DNA of 64,000 bases, taken from positions 22,816,001 through 22,880,000 of the forward strand of contig NC_043001.1 of NCBI RefSeq assembly GCF_006345805.1, written 5' to 3'. The notes beneath the pieces were generated by a model. The model was not told where the DNA came from. It did no database searches and worked only from the letters and a program-made list of their open reading frames with translations. A program made the position numbers and the translations under genes. The stretch's first letter is position 1. Every line of letters begins with the position of its first letter. Shown piece by piece: positions 35,664 to 48,726 of the stretch. Origin of the DNA: Octopus sinensis (lineage: Eukaryota).

Positions 35664-38600
35664 TAAAAGATTGGGCAATATAAGAAGGAGGAAAGGTAGG
35701 AAATAAAGATCGGAATGTAGATCTATGGGACAAAGTTAGAAAGGGAGGAGGAGGTGGGATGCTGTGAGCATCCATATACAGAGTATCCATATACAAAGAT
35801 GGGAATATGGAGAAGATTGTGTGGTAGTATGGAATGTGTGTGGTTTCTTGGGGTGTATGTATGTGTGCGTGCGTTTGCAAGCATGAAAGTGTGGTGGTGT
35901 GGGATAGTGATGGTGTGTGAGGATGATATATAGGTGTAATTGTATTGCATGTGAGAAGAAGTAGTGGTGGGTGGCGGAGGATATGTAAAAGACTGTATAA
36001 ATAGTGAGAAAAAATAAGAAAATAGAAAAAATTGGAAATATATTTAAGAAATCGTACCAAAATAGGAAAATGAAAGCACCGGTGAAAAGTCTAGCTGTTA
36101 TGTAACAGGTACAATGTATGATATAATATATATGTATGTATATGTGTTTATGTGTATGTATATATATATATATATATTTGTGTGTGTAGATATATATATA
36201 TATTTGTGTGTGTAGATATATATATATATGTGTATGTGTGTATATATATATATATGTGTGTATGTCTGTGTGCATACATATGTATATATATGTACGCATG
36301 TATGTAAATGTATAATTAAAGCAAACATGAACTAACAGAAATAGCTGAGAGTAGCAAGTGGCATAAATGTGGACAACAAAGACAAAACCAGCTGTACTGC
36401 AGTAAATATCATACAAGATAAATTCTTGATTTCCTGAAATTATTTTAGCTTCGAGAAAAGGTAAACAAAATATTAACGGCAACTGCAAGCTACTCTAAAT
36501 TAGAAGAGAAGGTAATCTCAAGTAATCGACAGTCAATTTCCTGATATTGCATGTCTTTAACGAAAAGAACCTGTGTTTTTCTGGAGACAAGAGAACGTGT
36601 GTAAGCATGTGTTTTTGACTGAATGGGCGCCACCAGCAAAACGTTGTTCTCCCTCGACTACAGCCAGACATAAGACTTAAACAAAAAGAGTGAAAGACAT
36701 TTATGACCTCAGGTAATTTGTGTAATTTATATAATTTATAAATTATACTTTAATTTATAATTTATACAATTTGTATAATTTAAACAAAATTAGCTACATA
36801 GACACATAAATACACGCATATGGATATTTATAAGCATATACAGATCTCTCTTCCTTCTCTCTTTTACCTTATATATATACAAATGTTTTCTTGTGTCATT
36901 TTCAAATGACACATGAAACAAAGCCTAATCATGTTTTTTTCAATGCTCGTGTTGAGACTCCCTCTCTTTCTCAAATTTAATCATAATCATATGTAGTTTC
37001 CTTTTACATCAAGTTGTTTTACGTTCAGAATTAAGTTGATTGCTGTTAACAAATTTGTTACATTCTGATTTGATTTCCATTCCAAGAATTCTGAGCCCTT
37101 AAAATCCACTGTTGATGAAATAACATGACTCTGACTCATTCTTGCCGTTAAATTTCTATTGCCATAAATTGGAAAGTGACTGTCTTCCGTAGGAAACAGA
37201 AATAAATGGTCTTATTGTTTCCCCTTATGAACACAGTATATTCCAAGAAGATGTTGAACTACATGAGAAACTACGTCTTTCAACAACAGACTTTTCAAAT
37301 GTATTCTACATGGATGTTCAGGAGAACTGCTATGCTTTTCTCAGAACAGAGCTTCTATAATTTGGTCGATGTTGCTTTTGAAATTGAAATATACGGACAC
37401 CAGTGACAAGCGTTCGTGCAGGAGTGATGAAATTCTAGCGAAGATCACGCTAGTGATCACAGCTTTTTATCGATATCTCTTCTGTCTTTGTATGGAATGT
37501 ATGTGGAAAAAATCCCTAGCCTATTACTTTCTCTTATGACTGATTCAACTATAGAGCTATATTTGGAATCCGAAGAAACTTGCAAAGGTCTGTAATAACA
37601 ACAATTAGTCCTCAGGAGAGGCCATAGAAAAGTTTCATAATTGCTGTGGAGAATGTAGGATCTAACGCTCCGGGTTTTGCAATAAATCAGGAAATGATGA
37701 ATGAAATAAAGTAGTGCTGTTACTCTGGCTGCAAGTTAGTAAATATTTAAGCTATTGCTTGAAATGTGTAGTAAATGTTTGAGCTATTGTTTGAAAGATT
37801 TCGATGTCGTTTCTTGCATCTAACTTTCAGCTGCGTCTAATTCGCATACTTTTGGTGGATTGTGGTAACTAATGAAGGATTTGTTTCTGTGGCACTTAAA
37901 AGTTATGTCGCCATGCTATTAAGCACCAATCATTTTCCGATTTTTAATAAAAAAACAACAACTATTTCTTCGAAATATTCTTTAAGGTAATAGAATAATG
38001 TTCTTGTTTCTATGTTTCTGTTGGTGTTAGAGTACTGTTGTTAACATTTAGCTTGTTATTACAGCATTCTTTATGGTACTCAATTCAGCACATTAGTATT
38101 TGAGAAGAGTGCTTTCTTTGCGCTCAATAACAGCAGCTCTAGGCTGTTGAGATCTTATCAGCACCTTCAGAGTCTTAAAAGCTGCTTCGCTCTTGCTTTC
38201 ACTAATTCCATCTATAACATTACCGTACGGGTTGCATAAACATTCTTTTTTTTTTATTCCACCATTTCTTTATATATTTCATTTATGTTTTATTGTTTGA
38301 TGGGTGGGGTTTTTTTACTCTTGGTCTTCTTTAGTTTTCGTCTTAGATTGCATAGGTCTTGGGTGGTGTCTGCGACCCATGATTTATTCTTCTTCCTCAT
38401 TATTCCTGTACTTGTGCTGCTTTCTTCTAAAGTATGTGCTTAACGCTGTCAGTGAGAAAATGAATATATTTCTCCTGCAAGTTGTGGTATGTGAAGTAGC
38501 ATCTTCTGGATATTCCAACTTTTATGTTAAGTGTGGAGTATGTTACCTCATTGTCTAATTTTATTTTTACCTTTATAATATAAATTGTATCTAACCTTAA

Positions 38601-38705
38601 CTTTTCTGTCAGAGTATACTCATATGCATATTATATATATATATTATGTATGTATATATATTTATGTTATATATATATTTATATTATGTAAGTATATATA
38701 CATAT

Positions 38706-38791
<86 letters not shown>

Positions 38792-38823
38792 TGTATGTAG
38801 TATGTATGTATGTATATATATTA

Positions 38824-38875
<52 letters not shown>

Positions 38876-38879
38876 TTTT

Positions 38880-39258
38880 TTCTTTTTATTTGTTTCAGTC
38901 ATTTGACTGCGGCCATATTGAAGTACCGCCTTTAGTCGAGGAAATCGACCCAGGGCTTATTCTTTGTAAGCCTGGTACTTATTCTATCGGTCACTTTTTC
39001 CGAAACACTAAGTTATGGATACGTAAACCCACCAACATCACTTGTCAAGCGATGGTGGTGGTGGTGGGGGGACAAAAACAGACGCACAATATATATATAT
39101 ACACGACAGGATTCTTTCAGTTTCCGTCTACCAAATCCAATCGAAAGGCTTTGGTCGGCCCGAGGCTATAGTAGAAGATATTTGCCCAAGGTGCCACTGA
39201 ACTCGGAACCATGTTGTTCGTAAGCAAGCTACTTACCACACAGCCACTCCTGCGCCCA
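38880..39258 (-). mobile_element. SINE family B
   Basis: Reverse complement of the family B consensus. Confidence 0.85.
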
Positions 39259-39265
39259 TATATGT

Positions 39266-39301
<36 letters not shown>

Positions 39302-39347
39302 ACACACACACAAACATATTTCCCGGTCAATATTGAAGTATTTCTAA

Positions 39348-39560
39348 GGCGGTGAGTTGCCAGAGTCGTTGCCACGTCGAGCAAAAAGCTTAGTGACATT
39401 TCGTCCGTCCTTACGTTCTTAGTTCAAATTCCACCGAGGTCGACTTTGCCTTTCATCCTTTCAGGGTCGATAAAATAGATACTAGATGAACACAGAGGTT
39501 GATGGAATCCACTTATCCCCTGTTCGGAAATTGCTGGCCTTGTACCAACATTTGAAACCA
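39348..39560 (+). mobile_element. SINE family A
   Basis: Head and core. Confidence 0.8.
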
Positions 39561-40324
39561 ATATGAAAAGTATTCCGATACTCCTCAATGTATCCCACTT
39601 CTCTATTTTCGGGTTTATAAAAAATGGCTTTTTACATAAAATAATTTTCGTTACAATTTGGACTGCTTTAACTCTTGTATATCTTACCTGCATTATGGTG
39701 ATGTTAAGTATCCGGAACGTCGTGTTTTGTGAATCGGTTCCAATTCACGAGTAATTTCATTCTGCTCGCTCTTCGCACATTTTCCCCATGGTTGAAATGA
39801 ATAACGATTCTCGTCTAGAATGTTTCTTTTCCTTCTTCTTTTGTCAGATTTCTTGGAATGTAAACTCAGAATTCGGCAACATGACAGTGCTTCATTACCT
39901 CGATATGTGATGCCACGTAGTTATAACAATGGAAATATATCATGACAATAATAGTTCAGGCAATATGACAAATATGTACATCGTACATATCTGTGGCAAC
40001 ATACACTTATTAAGTTCTTCTTTTGCACTCTTCTTCCTGCACTATTGTAGGTATTAGCGGTGATGTATTGTCTGACGCAGAAAGCTTACAATATTTAGTT
40101 CCATTCGTCTATGCTAGGTTCAACTTCTCATGGTTATGCAAAATACAAAATTGTAGAGATGTAAAAAAATCCATGCTACACAATCTACAAATGAAGTAAT
40201 GTAATTAATCAATAGATTACTTTATCGAATAAGTGAAATAATCTATTTGGAGCAGTAGATTACTTTATCAAATAAACAACTTAGAGCAATTAATCTCGTC
40301 TATCTACTTACTTACTAACTTCCC

Positions 40325-40612
40325 CCCTTTTCAAGCCTAGCCAGGCTCATGGGCCCGGTTTCCCGGTTTCTATGGCATATGTGTCCCCCACCCCAGCTGG
40401 ATGGGACGCCAGTCCATCGCAACGTTACTCAAGAAACGGGAAGATAGAATGAGAGAAAGAGTACAACAGGGTCGCCACCACCTCCTGCCGGAGACTCATG
40501 GAGCTTTAGGTGTTTTCGCTCAATAAACACACACAACGCCTGGTCTGGGAATCAAAACCGCGATCCTCCGACCGCGAGTCCGCTTCCCAAACCACTGGGC
40601 CATTGCGCCTCC
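40325..40612 (-). mobile_element. SINE family C (tRNA-Arg-like head; resembles Octopus OR SINEs), tail type 1
   Basis: Reverse complement begins ggaggcgcaatggcccagtggt...gcggactcgcggtc; tail contains ggacgccagtccatcgc. Confidence 0.8.
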
Positions 40613-40823
40613 TATATCGTCTATCTAGATTATAATTTTAGATAATCTAGGATCGTCAGCATTTTTCTTACGATAATCAACTGCAATTCGAGCTACTTAG
40701 GAAATCACTACGTCTTGATCTACTGGAAACATCAACCAAATCTTCGTCAGTCACACCCTACCATCTTATAAGGATAAACAGTTCTAAATACACTAGCTCT
40801 TTATATATAAATATATATAAATA

Positions 40824-40880
<57 letters not shown>

Positions 40881-40899
40881 GTATATATATATATATATA

Positions 40900-40938
<39 letters not shown>

Positions 40939-40940
40939 TA

Positions 40941-41244
40941 GGAAAGAATGGAGCTGAACGAAGATTTAACAAAATTCTTTTATTTTATTTTCGACATATA
41001 TTTCGAAGTCTGCAAAATCCCTAATACCGAATGAATAAGGAGTCCATTATGCAGCTTTCTCTTCAGGAAAATCCAGGAACTTATTTCGCCAACAAAATGC
41101 ACAAATTAAACTTCAAATTTCCGCACTAAGGCACGGAGTTTATGCCCTATGGTCGTAACTTTAACCGTGCTTTTTCTGTTGTGAGTTGCTACCCAGGTAT
41201 CGGTTATCTTTCGAATTATCCGTAATAAGATAATCATTTGTCTA

Positions 41245-41250
<6 letters not shown>
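40941..41250 (-). mobile_element. Short HHR-terminated element in (TA)n (PLE pLTR-derived or retrozyme-like)
   Basis: (TA)n on both flanks; intact HHR ~45 nt from its 3' end; relative at 22752-22953. Confidence 0.75.
40988..41071 (-). ncRNA. Type I hammerhead ribozyme
   Basis: Reverse complement reads ttttc CTGAAGA gaaagctgca...tgcagacttc GAAA tatatg TC gaaaa. Confidence 0.8.
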
Positions 41251-41290
<40 letters not shown>

Positions 41291-41767
41291 ATATATATAT
41301 AATATATATAAGAAATAAAGGGGATAGTTAATATTTGAATGCCTTTAGTGAAAGATCTGCTTGATCAGGACTGATCTGGATCGAAACAGCAGCAACAGCG
41401 TCAACTATAACTGCTCACGTCAATTATGTTAACAGAAAACAATGTTAATCTAGCTTTATGACGTACCACCAAGCAATCGATGTTAATATCAAAAAGAGAC
41501 ACATTAGTTCACATTAAACATTTGGTTGGCAGAGGTGTTCGCACAGCGGATAGAATACTTAACGGCATCTCTTCCGGTTTGACGCCCTGAGTTCAAATTC
41601 CGCCGAGGTCGACTTTGCTTTTCATCCTTTCGGGGTAGGTAAGATAAGTCTCAGTTGAGTACTTGAGGGGTGGGGTGGGGCGATTTAATCGTCTACACAT
41701 TCTCTTCTAAAATCGCTGGCCTTGTGCCAAAACTTAAAAATTATTTTGTTTTGCTAAAACATTATTT

Positions 41768-42383
41768 CGATCTTTACCTTTTGACCTGCAGATTTAAAAA
41801 ATAATTTTTTGTAACTAAGCACTTTCAAACTTCGGACACTTGTAGGATGTGTCATATAAAATATGTTTTACTCTTAGCATTTTTGAGAAAAACTTATATT
41901 TACTTAGTTATTTCACGTTAAAGTTCTCGTATTTCGGTAATTTCAACCAATCAATGACGTGTATTCAGCTGAATAAAATTACTGCCATTGTTTGTCAACA
42001 AGAACTTCCAGCGGTGTATATTTCGTTTGTCACTGCTATTTATGACAACCCTAACCCTAACCCTAAAACCTTAAAGCTAAAACCAATACAAACGCACGAA
42101 CGATGTCATAAATAACAGTGACAAAAGGAAAATACACTGCCGATAGTTGTTGTTGACGAACAACAGCAGTAATTTTATTCAGCTGAATACACATCATTGA
42201 TTGGTTGAAATTACCGAAATACGAGAACTTTACCGTGAAATAACTTCGTAAATATAAGTTTTTCTCAAAAATGCTATGAATAAAAGACGTTTTATATGAT
42301 ACATTCTACCAGTGTCCGAAGTTTGAAAGTGTTTAGTTACAAAAAATTATTTTTTAAATCTGTGGGTCAAAAGGCAAAGATCC
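41768..42383. mobile_element. 616-bp foldback DNA element, ~280-bp TIRs, central (CCCTAA)n, 8-bp TSD (Merlin- or MULE-like)
   Basis: Arms gatctttaccttttgacc...tttatgaca / tgtcataaa...ggtcaaaaggcaaagatcc; TSD cattattt at 41760-41767 and 42384-42391. Confidence 0.88.
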
Positions 42384-43140
42384 CATTATTTTCTTCTGTT
42401 AACAAACAATAAATTTAAAACCACATTTAACCAATGTAGAAAGAATATTTTATGGTCGTGGCGAGTGTAATACTTAAATATTTACTTAATTCAACCAGTT
42501 GGTTGAAACCAATAAATTGGTAAAAGAAAACAGTTTTTTCATCTTTATTGCTGCTTCGTAACAACTAACACTTCCTGCTAGATTAAATTAATTGTTTTTT
42601 TTTTGCTTCTAAATGGACTATTATCAAGTTTAAAATGAAAATCTCAGAATAGATAGTTTTCATGGCATTAAAATTTTTTCGATTTTTTTGAGATCGTATA
42701 TCTGTCTTGGTAGTCTTAATTACAAGCATATTCTTGACAAGATTAATATTTTTTCTCTTTCTTTCAGTGGTGTGGATATTATTAGATTATATAGTAGAAG
42801 TTACGCCTGCCCCATAAAAATGTGATGCGATATTAATGTTTACAGTCAATTTAGGCGTTCATCTCAGAGTGGCGTTAAAGAGAACACCTGGGAAGATAAC
42901 GAGTTGAGAAGAATTGCAGGTAAGGTATGACTTTTGGGGGGAAGAGAAAAATCATTTTCAACATTATCATTACTGACAAAAAGATTTTTAATGATATACG
43001 TTCTCGTTGCTGGAAGTAGGAGATGGGAAACCAACAATTTATTAGTATGCCGCCATACTGCTTGGTTTAACTTACTAGCCGTGGCTCTAGCCAGTAATTT
43101 TTGCCTCATATTTTCGTAACTAAGAGTATTGAGTATATAT

Positions 43141-43560
43141 ATTTCTTTATTGCCCACAAGGGGCTAAACATAGAGGGGACAAACAAGGACAGACAAACGG
43201 ATTAAGTCGATTATATCGACCCCAGTGCATAACTGGTACTTAATTTATCGACCCTGAAAGGATGAAAGGCAAAGTCGACCTTGGCGGAATTTTAACTCAG
43301 AACGGAACGTAACCGCTGACGAAATACTTATTCCTTTACTACCCACAAGGGGCTAAACACAGAGGGGACAAACAAGGACAGACAAACAGATTAAGTCGAT
43401 TAAATCGACCCCAGTGCGTAACTGGTACTTAATTTATCGACCCTGAAATGATGAAAGGCAATGTCGACCTCGGCGGAATTTGAACTCAGAACGGAACGGC
43501 AGACGAAATATTGCTAAGCATTTCGCCCGGCGTGCTAACGTTTCTGCCAGCTCACCGCCT
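43141..43560 (-). mobile_element. SINE family A short-tail dimer
   Basis: Two cores; flanking direct repeat ga(g/a)tattgagtatat. Confidence 0.88.
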
Positions 43561-44086
43561 TGAATATTGAGTATATATTTCACACAGTTATATTTATAAT
43601 ATTTTCTTGGCAAAAGATTTTTGATAAATATAAAATCTTGTAATTAGTAGTTTAATATATATTTTTCATTACAACAGTTTGGCTCCTCTCTTGAACCGTC
43701 CCTTTAATTAGCTTCTATTACCACACTTTTCCTTGTTATCTTTATCTCGTCTTTATCCATAAGCGACAAAGGAAAATGAAACCGAATTTAATCTATCATT
43801 CCCCTGCGAAATATAAGCGTAAAATACTGAGGTGTGTATTACTTTCGTACGATTGCTACCTTTCACAAATTCTCATTTACTCAATAATTTTTTACGTTGC
43901 TTTTCTCCCCAAAGAAATCTCTATCTGTTCATAACACTCCCTTCTCAGTTTCTGCTTTATATGTTCTGCAATTTTCGCCGTTAATTACGAATATGTCCGT
44001 CTATCTATGCACTCCAATCTCTCTCTTCTTCCCTCTCTCTCTCTTTTCCTGCTCTCTTTTCTCACTCTCTCTCTCTTTTGTATATA

Positions 44087-44144
<58 letters not shown>

Positions 44145-44260
44145 TATGTATATAGTATGTATATATGTGCATGTACTAGTATGTTATATATTTCTATCGC
44201 TCTTTATATATATATTTCTTCTCTCTCTCTCTTGAATATATATAAATATATAATTATCTC

Positions 44261-44314
<54 letters not shown>

Positions 44315-44322
44315 ATATATAT

Positions 44323-44361
<39 letters not shown>

Positions 44362-44436
44362 CAGACAGATAGATAGATTAGTATAGATAGATTAAATAGA
44401 TAGATTATGTACGAATTCTACATATACAGAGAGAGG

Positions 44437-44478
<42 letters not shown>

Positions 44479-44734
44479 GAGAGAGAAAGAGGATTGTACC
44501 CCATGCACTCTGCTGATCGGTGTTTGACGCGGTTAACGCCCCCGTTGAACATGTCTAAGGAAAACATGAACTGAAAGAAAATCCCAGAGAAGTGACATTC
44601 TGCGAAGATTAAGATTGGACATATATTTTGTGCAGAATCTGAGGCAATAAACTAAATATGTGTGCATATAATATGATATGCACAAATTAAATACATTTCG
44701 GAGGTGTACAATTCTGAGACTATGTATTGACATA

Positions 44735-45178
44735 TTGGTTTCAAAATTTGGTTCAAGACCAGCAATTTAAGGGGAAGGGGCTAAGTCGATTATATCGACT
44801 TCAGTGTTCAATTGGTACTTATTTGGTGGTGAGCTGGCAGAATCGTTAGCATGCCGGGCGAAATGCGTAGCCGTATTTCGTCTGCCGTTACGTTCTGAGT
44901 TCAAATTCCGCCGAGGTTGACTTTGCCTTTCATCCTTTCGGGGTCGATTAAATAAGTACCAGTTACGCACTGGGGTCGATATAATCGACTTAATCCGTTT
45001 GTCTGTCCTTGTTTGTCCTCTCTGTGTTTAGCCCCTTGTGGGTAGTAAAGAAATAGGTACTTATTTTATCAACTCCGAAAGGATGGAAGGCAAAGTTGAC
45101 TTTGGCGGCGTTTGAACTCAGAACCTACCGCTAAGCATTTAGCCCGGCGTGCTAACGATCCTGCCAGCTCGCCGTCTT
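44735..45178. mobile_element. Minus-strand SINE A host with a plus-strand short-tail SINE A inserted at 44825-45055
   Basis: TSD ggtacttattt at 44814-44824 and 45056-45066. Confidence 0.88.
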
Positions 45179-45295
45179 ATAGGTATTGAAATATCGATTT
45201 CAAATTTTGGTACAAAATTCTGCTAGTCACTGCTTTTCAAAACACGATATCTAATAATAATAATTGACACAAAATTTAAGCCAATATCTAATATC

Positions 45296-45722
45296 GGTTT
45301 TAAATTTTGGCACAGCAATTTGGGGGGAAACGGTAAGTCGATAACATTGGACTTAGTGCTCAAATGGTACTTATTCAAATGGTACTTATTTTAAGGCGGC
45401 AGGTTGGCAGAATCGTTAGCACGCCGGGCGAAATGCTTAGCGGTATTTCGTCTGCCGTTACGTTCTGAGTTCAAATTCCGCCGAGGTCGACTTTGCTTTT
45501 CATCCTTTCAGGGTAGATAAATAAAGTACCAGTTACGCACTGGGGTCGATATAATCGACTTAATCCGTTTGTCTGTCCTTGTTTTTTCCCCTTGGCGGAA
45601 TTTGAACTGAGAACGTAAAGACGGATGAGATGCTAATTAGAGATCTACAGTAGCAAATCCAATTAGCAGGAATTGAACTACTTTTTGTCCGGCGGACCAA
45701 CGATTCTGCCAGCACGCTGCCT
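45296..45722. mobile_element. Second minus-strand SINE A host with a plus-strand SINE A (~45395-45585) at the equivalent site
   Basis: Insert follows ggtacttatttt; the 3' junction is deleted. Confidence 0.75.
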
Positions 45723-45934
45723 TCACGATATCTAATATTAACAGGATTAAGATTGAATATAATAACAATTATATTTTGTTCTTGAGTCCTAGTACTCACG
45801 AGGCCAGTTACCCGGTTTCCACGGCGTAAAAAGTGATCGAGATTATAACATTACCCCTGAAATGACGCCGGCCTGTCGCAGGGTTCAAGGCCAATAATTC
45901 TAAGGAGTGGGTACAAATCGGTTACACCAACTCA

Positions 45935-46365
45935 GTACTCTTTTACTTGTTTTATTCATTTGACAGTGGCCATGCTGGAGTACCGCCTTTAGTCGAGCAA
46001 ATCGACCCCAGGACTTATTCTTTGTAAGTCTAGTACTTATTTTATTGGTCTCTTTTGCCGAACCGCAAAGTTACGGGGGATATAAACACACCAGCGTTCG
46101 GTTCTCAAGCAATGTTGAGGGGGACAAACACAGCCCACAAACTACAACACACACCGTCATATTATATCTATATATTATACTATATATATATATATTATAT
46201 ATGTACCGGGCTACTTCTTTCCATCTACCAAATCCACTCACAAGGCTTTGGTCGGCCGCGGCTATAGTAGAAGACACTTGCCCAAAGTGCCACGCAGTGG
46301 TACTGAACCCGGAACCATGTGTTGGTAAGCAAGCTACTTACCACACAGCCATTTCCTACGCCTAT
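45935..46365 (-). mobile_element. SINE family B
   Basis: Reverse complement of the consensus. Confidence 0.85.
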
Positions 46366-47137
46366 ATCGTAGTTGTCCTGTTATTTCTTTTTCTAATCTT
46401 ATGAACCCCGGAGAGATGAAACGCAAAGCTGGTTTGAATGTAGACTGGAAAGCGCCAGCAGAAATGCCGCTAAGTAATTTGTCCGACGTGTTAAGGGTTC
46501 TGCCGGATCGCCATCTTTATAACCATTAGCAAATTGGTGTTAATTCCACCATATTTGTAATAAATTATTTCATTTGCTTGAAGTTTTTATGTATTATAAT
46601 AATAGCTGTAAATCTTTGCAATTATATTTCTAAATTTGATTAATGACTCAGTTTAATGACTGAATTAATCTTGATTTATAAAACTTTAAGTCACGTATCA
46701 AGGTTTTTGTCGGTTGAAAGGAGAGAGGTGAACCAGGGAGAAAGAAGTTACAATGATAGAAAGGCTTGATAGATAAAGAGATTGGTTGGAATTTAATAGT
46801 TGGGAGTTAGAAGCTTGTGAGATGATAGGCAACCATAAGCTGATGATTAAATGCAGAGAGTGACGGCAAAAAGTGTGAGAGAGGAAGAGAGAGCGTTACT
46901 TAGAGAGACATAGGAAGAAGAAAGATAAAGATCTATAATAAGAAGTAATGTGATGAAAGAACAAAGGTATAGAAAGTGAGCGAATGACAAACGGGAAAAG
47001 AGAGAGAGAGAGAGGGGGGCAGAGCAAAATTCGTGTATGATATCGAAGTGAGAAAAGAAGAGAGAGTCAGAATTTTATTGCGATAAAAAGAGAGGATGTA
47101 CATGTATATATATATGTGTATAATAATAATAAAATAA

Positions 47138-47176
<39 letters not shown>

Positions 47177-47178
<2 letters not shown>

Positions 47179-47721
47179 TGCCCTGCTGCAGTACCAGGCG
47201 GTGACTCTCATGGCCTTCTGATCTTAACTGATGGAAGTGTTATCTGTACATTGTTTTGTCTTGGTATAAAAGATGGGCTACAGCAAATATTTGCCTCATA
47301 CCAGATTTGCTTGTCAGTTGTTTGAACTTAACCAGTTGAGCATGTCCCTTAGTGGCTGACGATATGTGCATCTCTGATCACGAGCAGAAGTAGTGGGGGA
47401 GCATCATAGCCATGTGTTGAGAGGGATTCTTTGGGGTTGAATAATTCACCTCTGGAAACATGGGTGGTTCTTTCAACATCCTAAACAACCCTTATTCAGG
47501 GACCTTTTGAGCGGGATGGGCTACTCAACCTGAAGAAATTCTAACTGGGCCCACCTGCAAGGTCATGTGCTGTTTATCTTGATATGAGATCACCATGTCG
47601 CGCACATATGTTTGTGATGCATGTGCCTGGTGTACCTTTATCAGACGGGTAGTCATGGGTATATTGGGCTTCGTAATTTTACCCCAGTGTCACTTGATGG
47701 CATGAACTGCTCTCTCACTCA
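47177..47721. mobile_element. ~545-bp non-coding element inserted in (AAT)n
   Basis: (AAT)n on both sides; second copy at 1-84; no recognisable ORF. Confidence 0.75.
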
Positions 47722-47745
47722 ATAATAATAATATAATAGTAATAA

Positions 47746-47783
<38 letters not shown>

Positions 47784-47823
47784 CTTTTCTTTTAATTTTT
47801 CTAAATTAATTATTTAATCGTTA

Positions 47824-47861
47824 CAGTTGAAAAGGTCTCAAAATGACCGAAACCGGTACTG
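47824..47861 (+). ncRNA. Minimal type I hammerhead-like motif in a ~130-bp (TA)n-flanked insert (47782-47910)
   Basis: cag TTGAAAA ggtc-tcaaaat-gacc GAAA ccgg TA ctg; all stems pair, core differs from CUGAAGA at two positions. Confidence 0.6.
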
Positions 47862-47905
47862 AAATGTTCTTATAAAATTATTTTAGCATTTTCTATTTTG
47901 ACTTG

Positions 47906-47977
<72 letters not shown>

Positions 47978-48726
47978 AAAGAGAAGAAAGAAGAGAGAAA
48001 GGGAGAGAAGATAGAGGCGAAATAATGAAGTATATAAGAATTATTGAAAGGAGGCAGAAATAAACCCCGTCATTTTTGACAGGGACTACGCAGGTTCTCA
48101 TATAACTCTGGCTACGTGTTATCTAATGTCTTTATACTGTAATTCCTTTGCCAACCATGACCTTCTTTCACTGACATGTAGATATATCTTCTAGCATAAG
48201 GTTTATTCCGTATCACGGTGTAGGTTTCCGAAACTTCGCGATAATATGATCACTTTGTTCTTTACTTTTCTCACCATTCCATAATGAGATTTACCTTCAG
48301 ATATTAGAGTGTGATCTTTCCCAGATTAAAAGAAAGGTAAGAGATAATTCTCCATTAATTTTATCGTGTGTGAACATATTGATATCTACTGTTACTGAAG
48401 ATAATAAACAGTATAAATAGTTCCTGGTCTGTACACAGTCTGTAGCTCGTACAGTCTCTCACTCATAGACTGCTAGAGTTAGTCGTTGTTGGTGTTATTG
48501 TTGTTGTTGCGGTCGCTTAACCCCAGGTCAGCCATGTTTGAATTGAATGTACATATGATCAATATCGATCTCGTTGTGCCTGTCCTGTCTTTTTGCATAT
48601 CAAAACTACGTTCAATGTATCTTGCCCTTGTTTAAAACGGTAGGTTGTATTTGAAGGAACTTAGGAACGACCACATAGAATCTTCCTCGATAGAATGAAA
48701 TGCATAATTATTTCTTTTAAATATAA

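Noticed and set aside
35614-36488. 148-aa and 250-aa minus-strand ORFs
   Set aside because: Low-complexity CA/TA-rich sequence with no domain motifs.
36500-38250. Stretch of unique sequence that might hold host exons
   Set aside because: No convincing ORF with splice signals or recognisable protein motif; would need RNA-seq or homology search.
40540-40612. tRNA-like sequences in SINE heads
   Set aside because: They continue into SINE bodies and lack a full cloverleaf, so they are not tRNA genes.
47177-47260. Possible HDV-like ribozyme at the element end
   Set aside because: One hairpin is visible, but I could not assign the nested P1/P2/P3/P1.1 pseudoknot.
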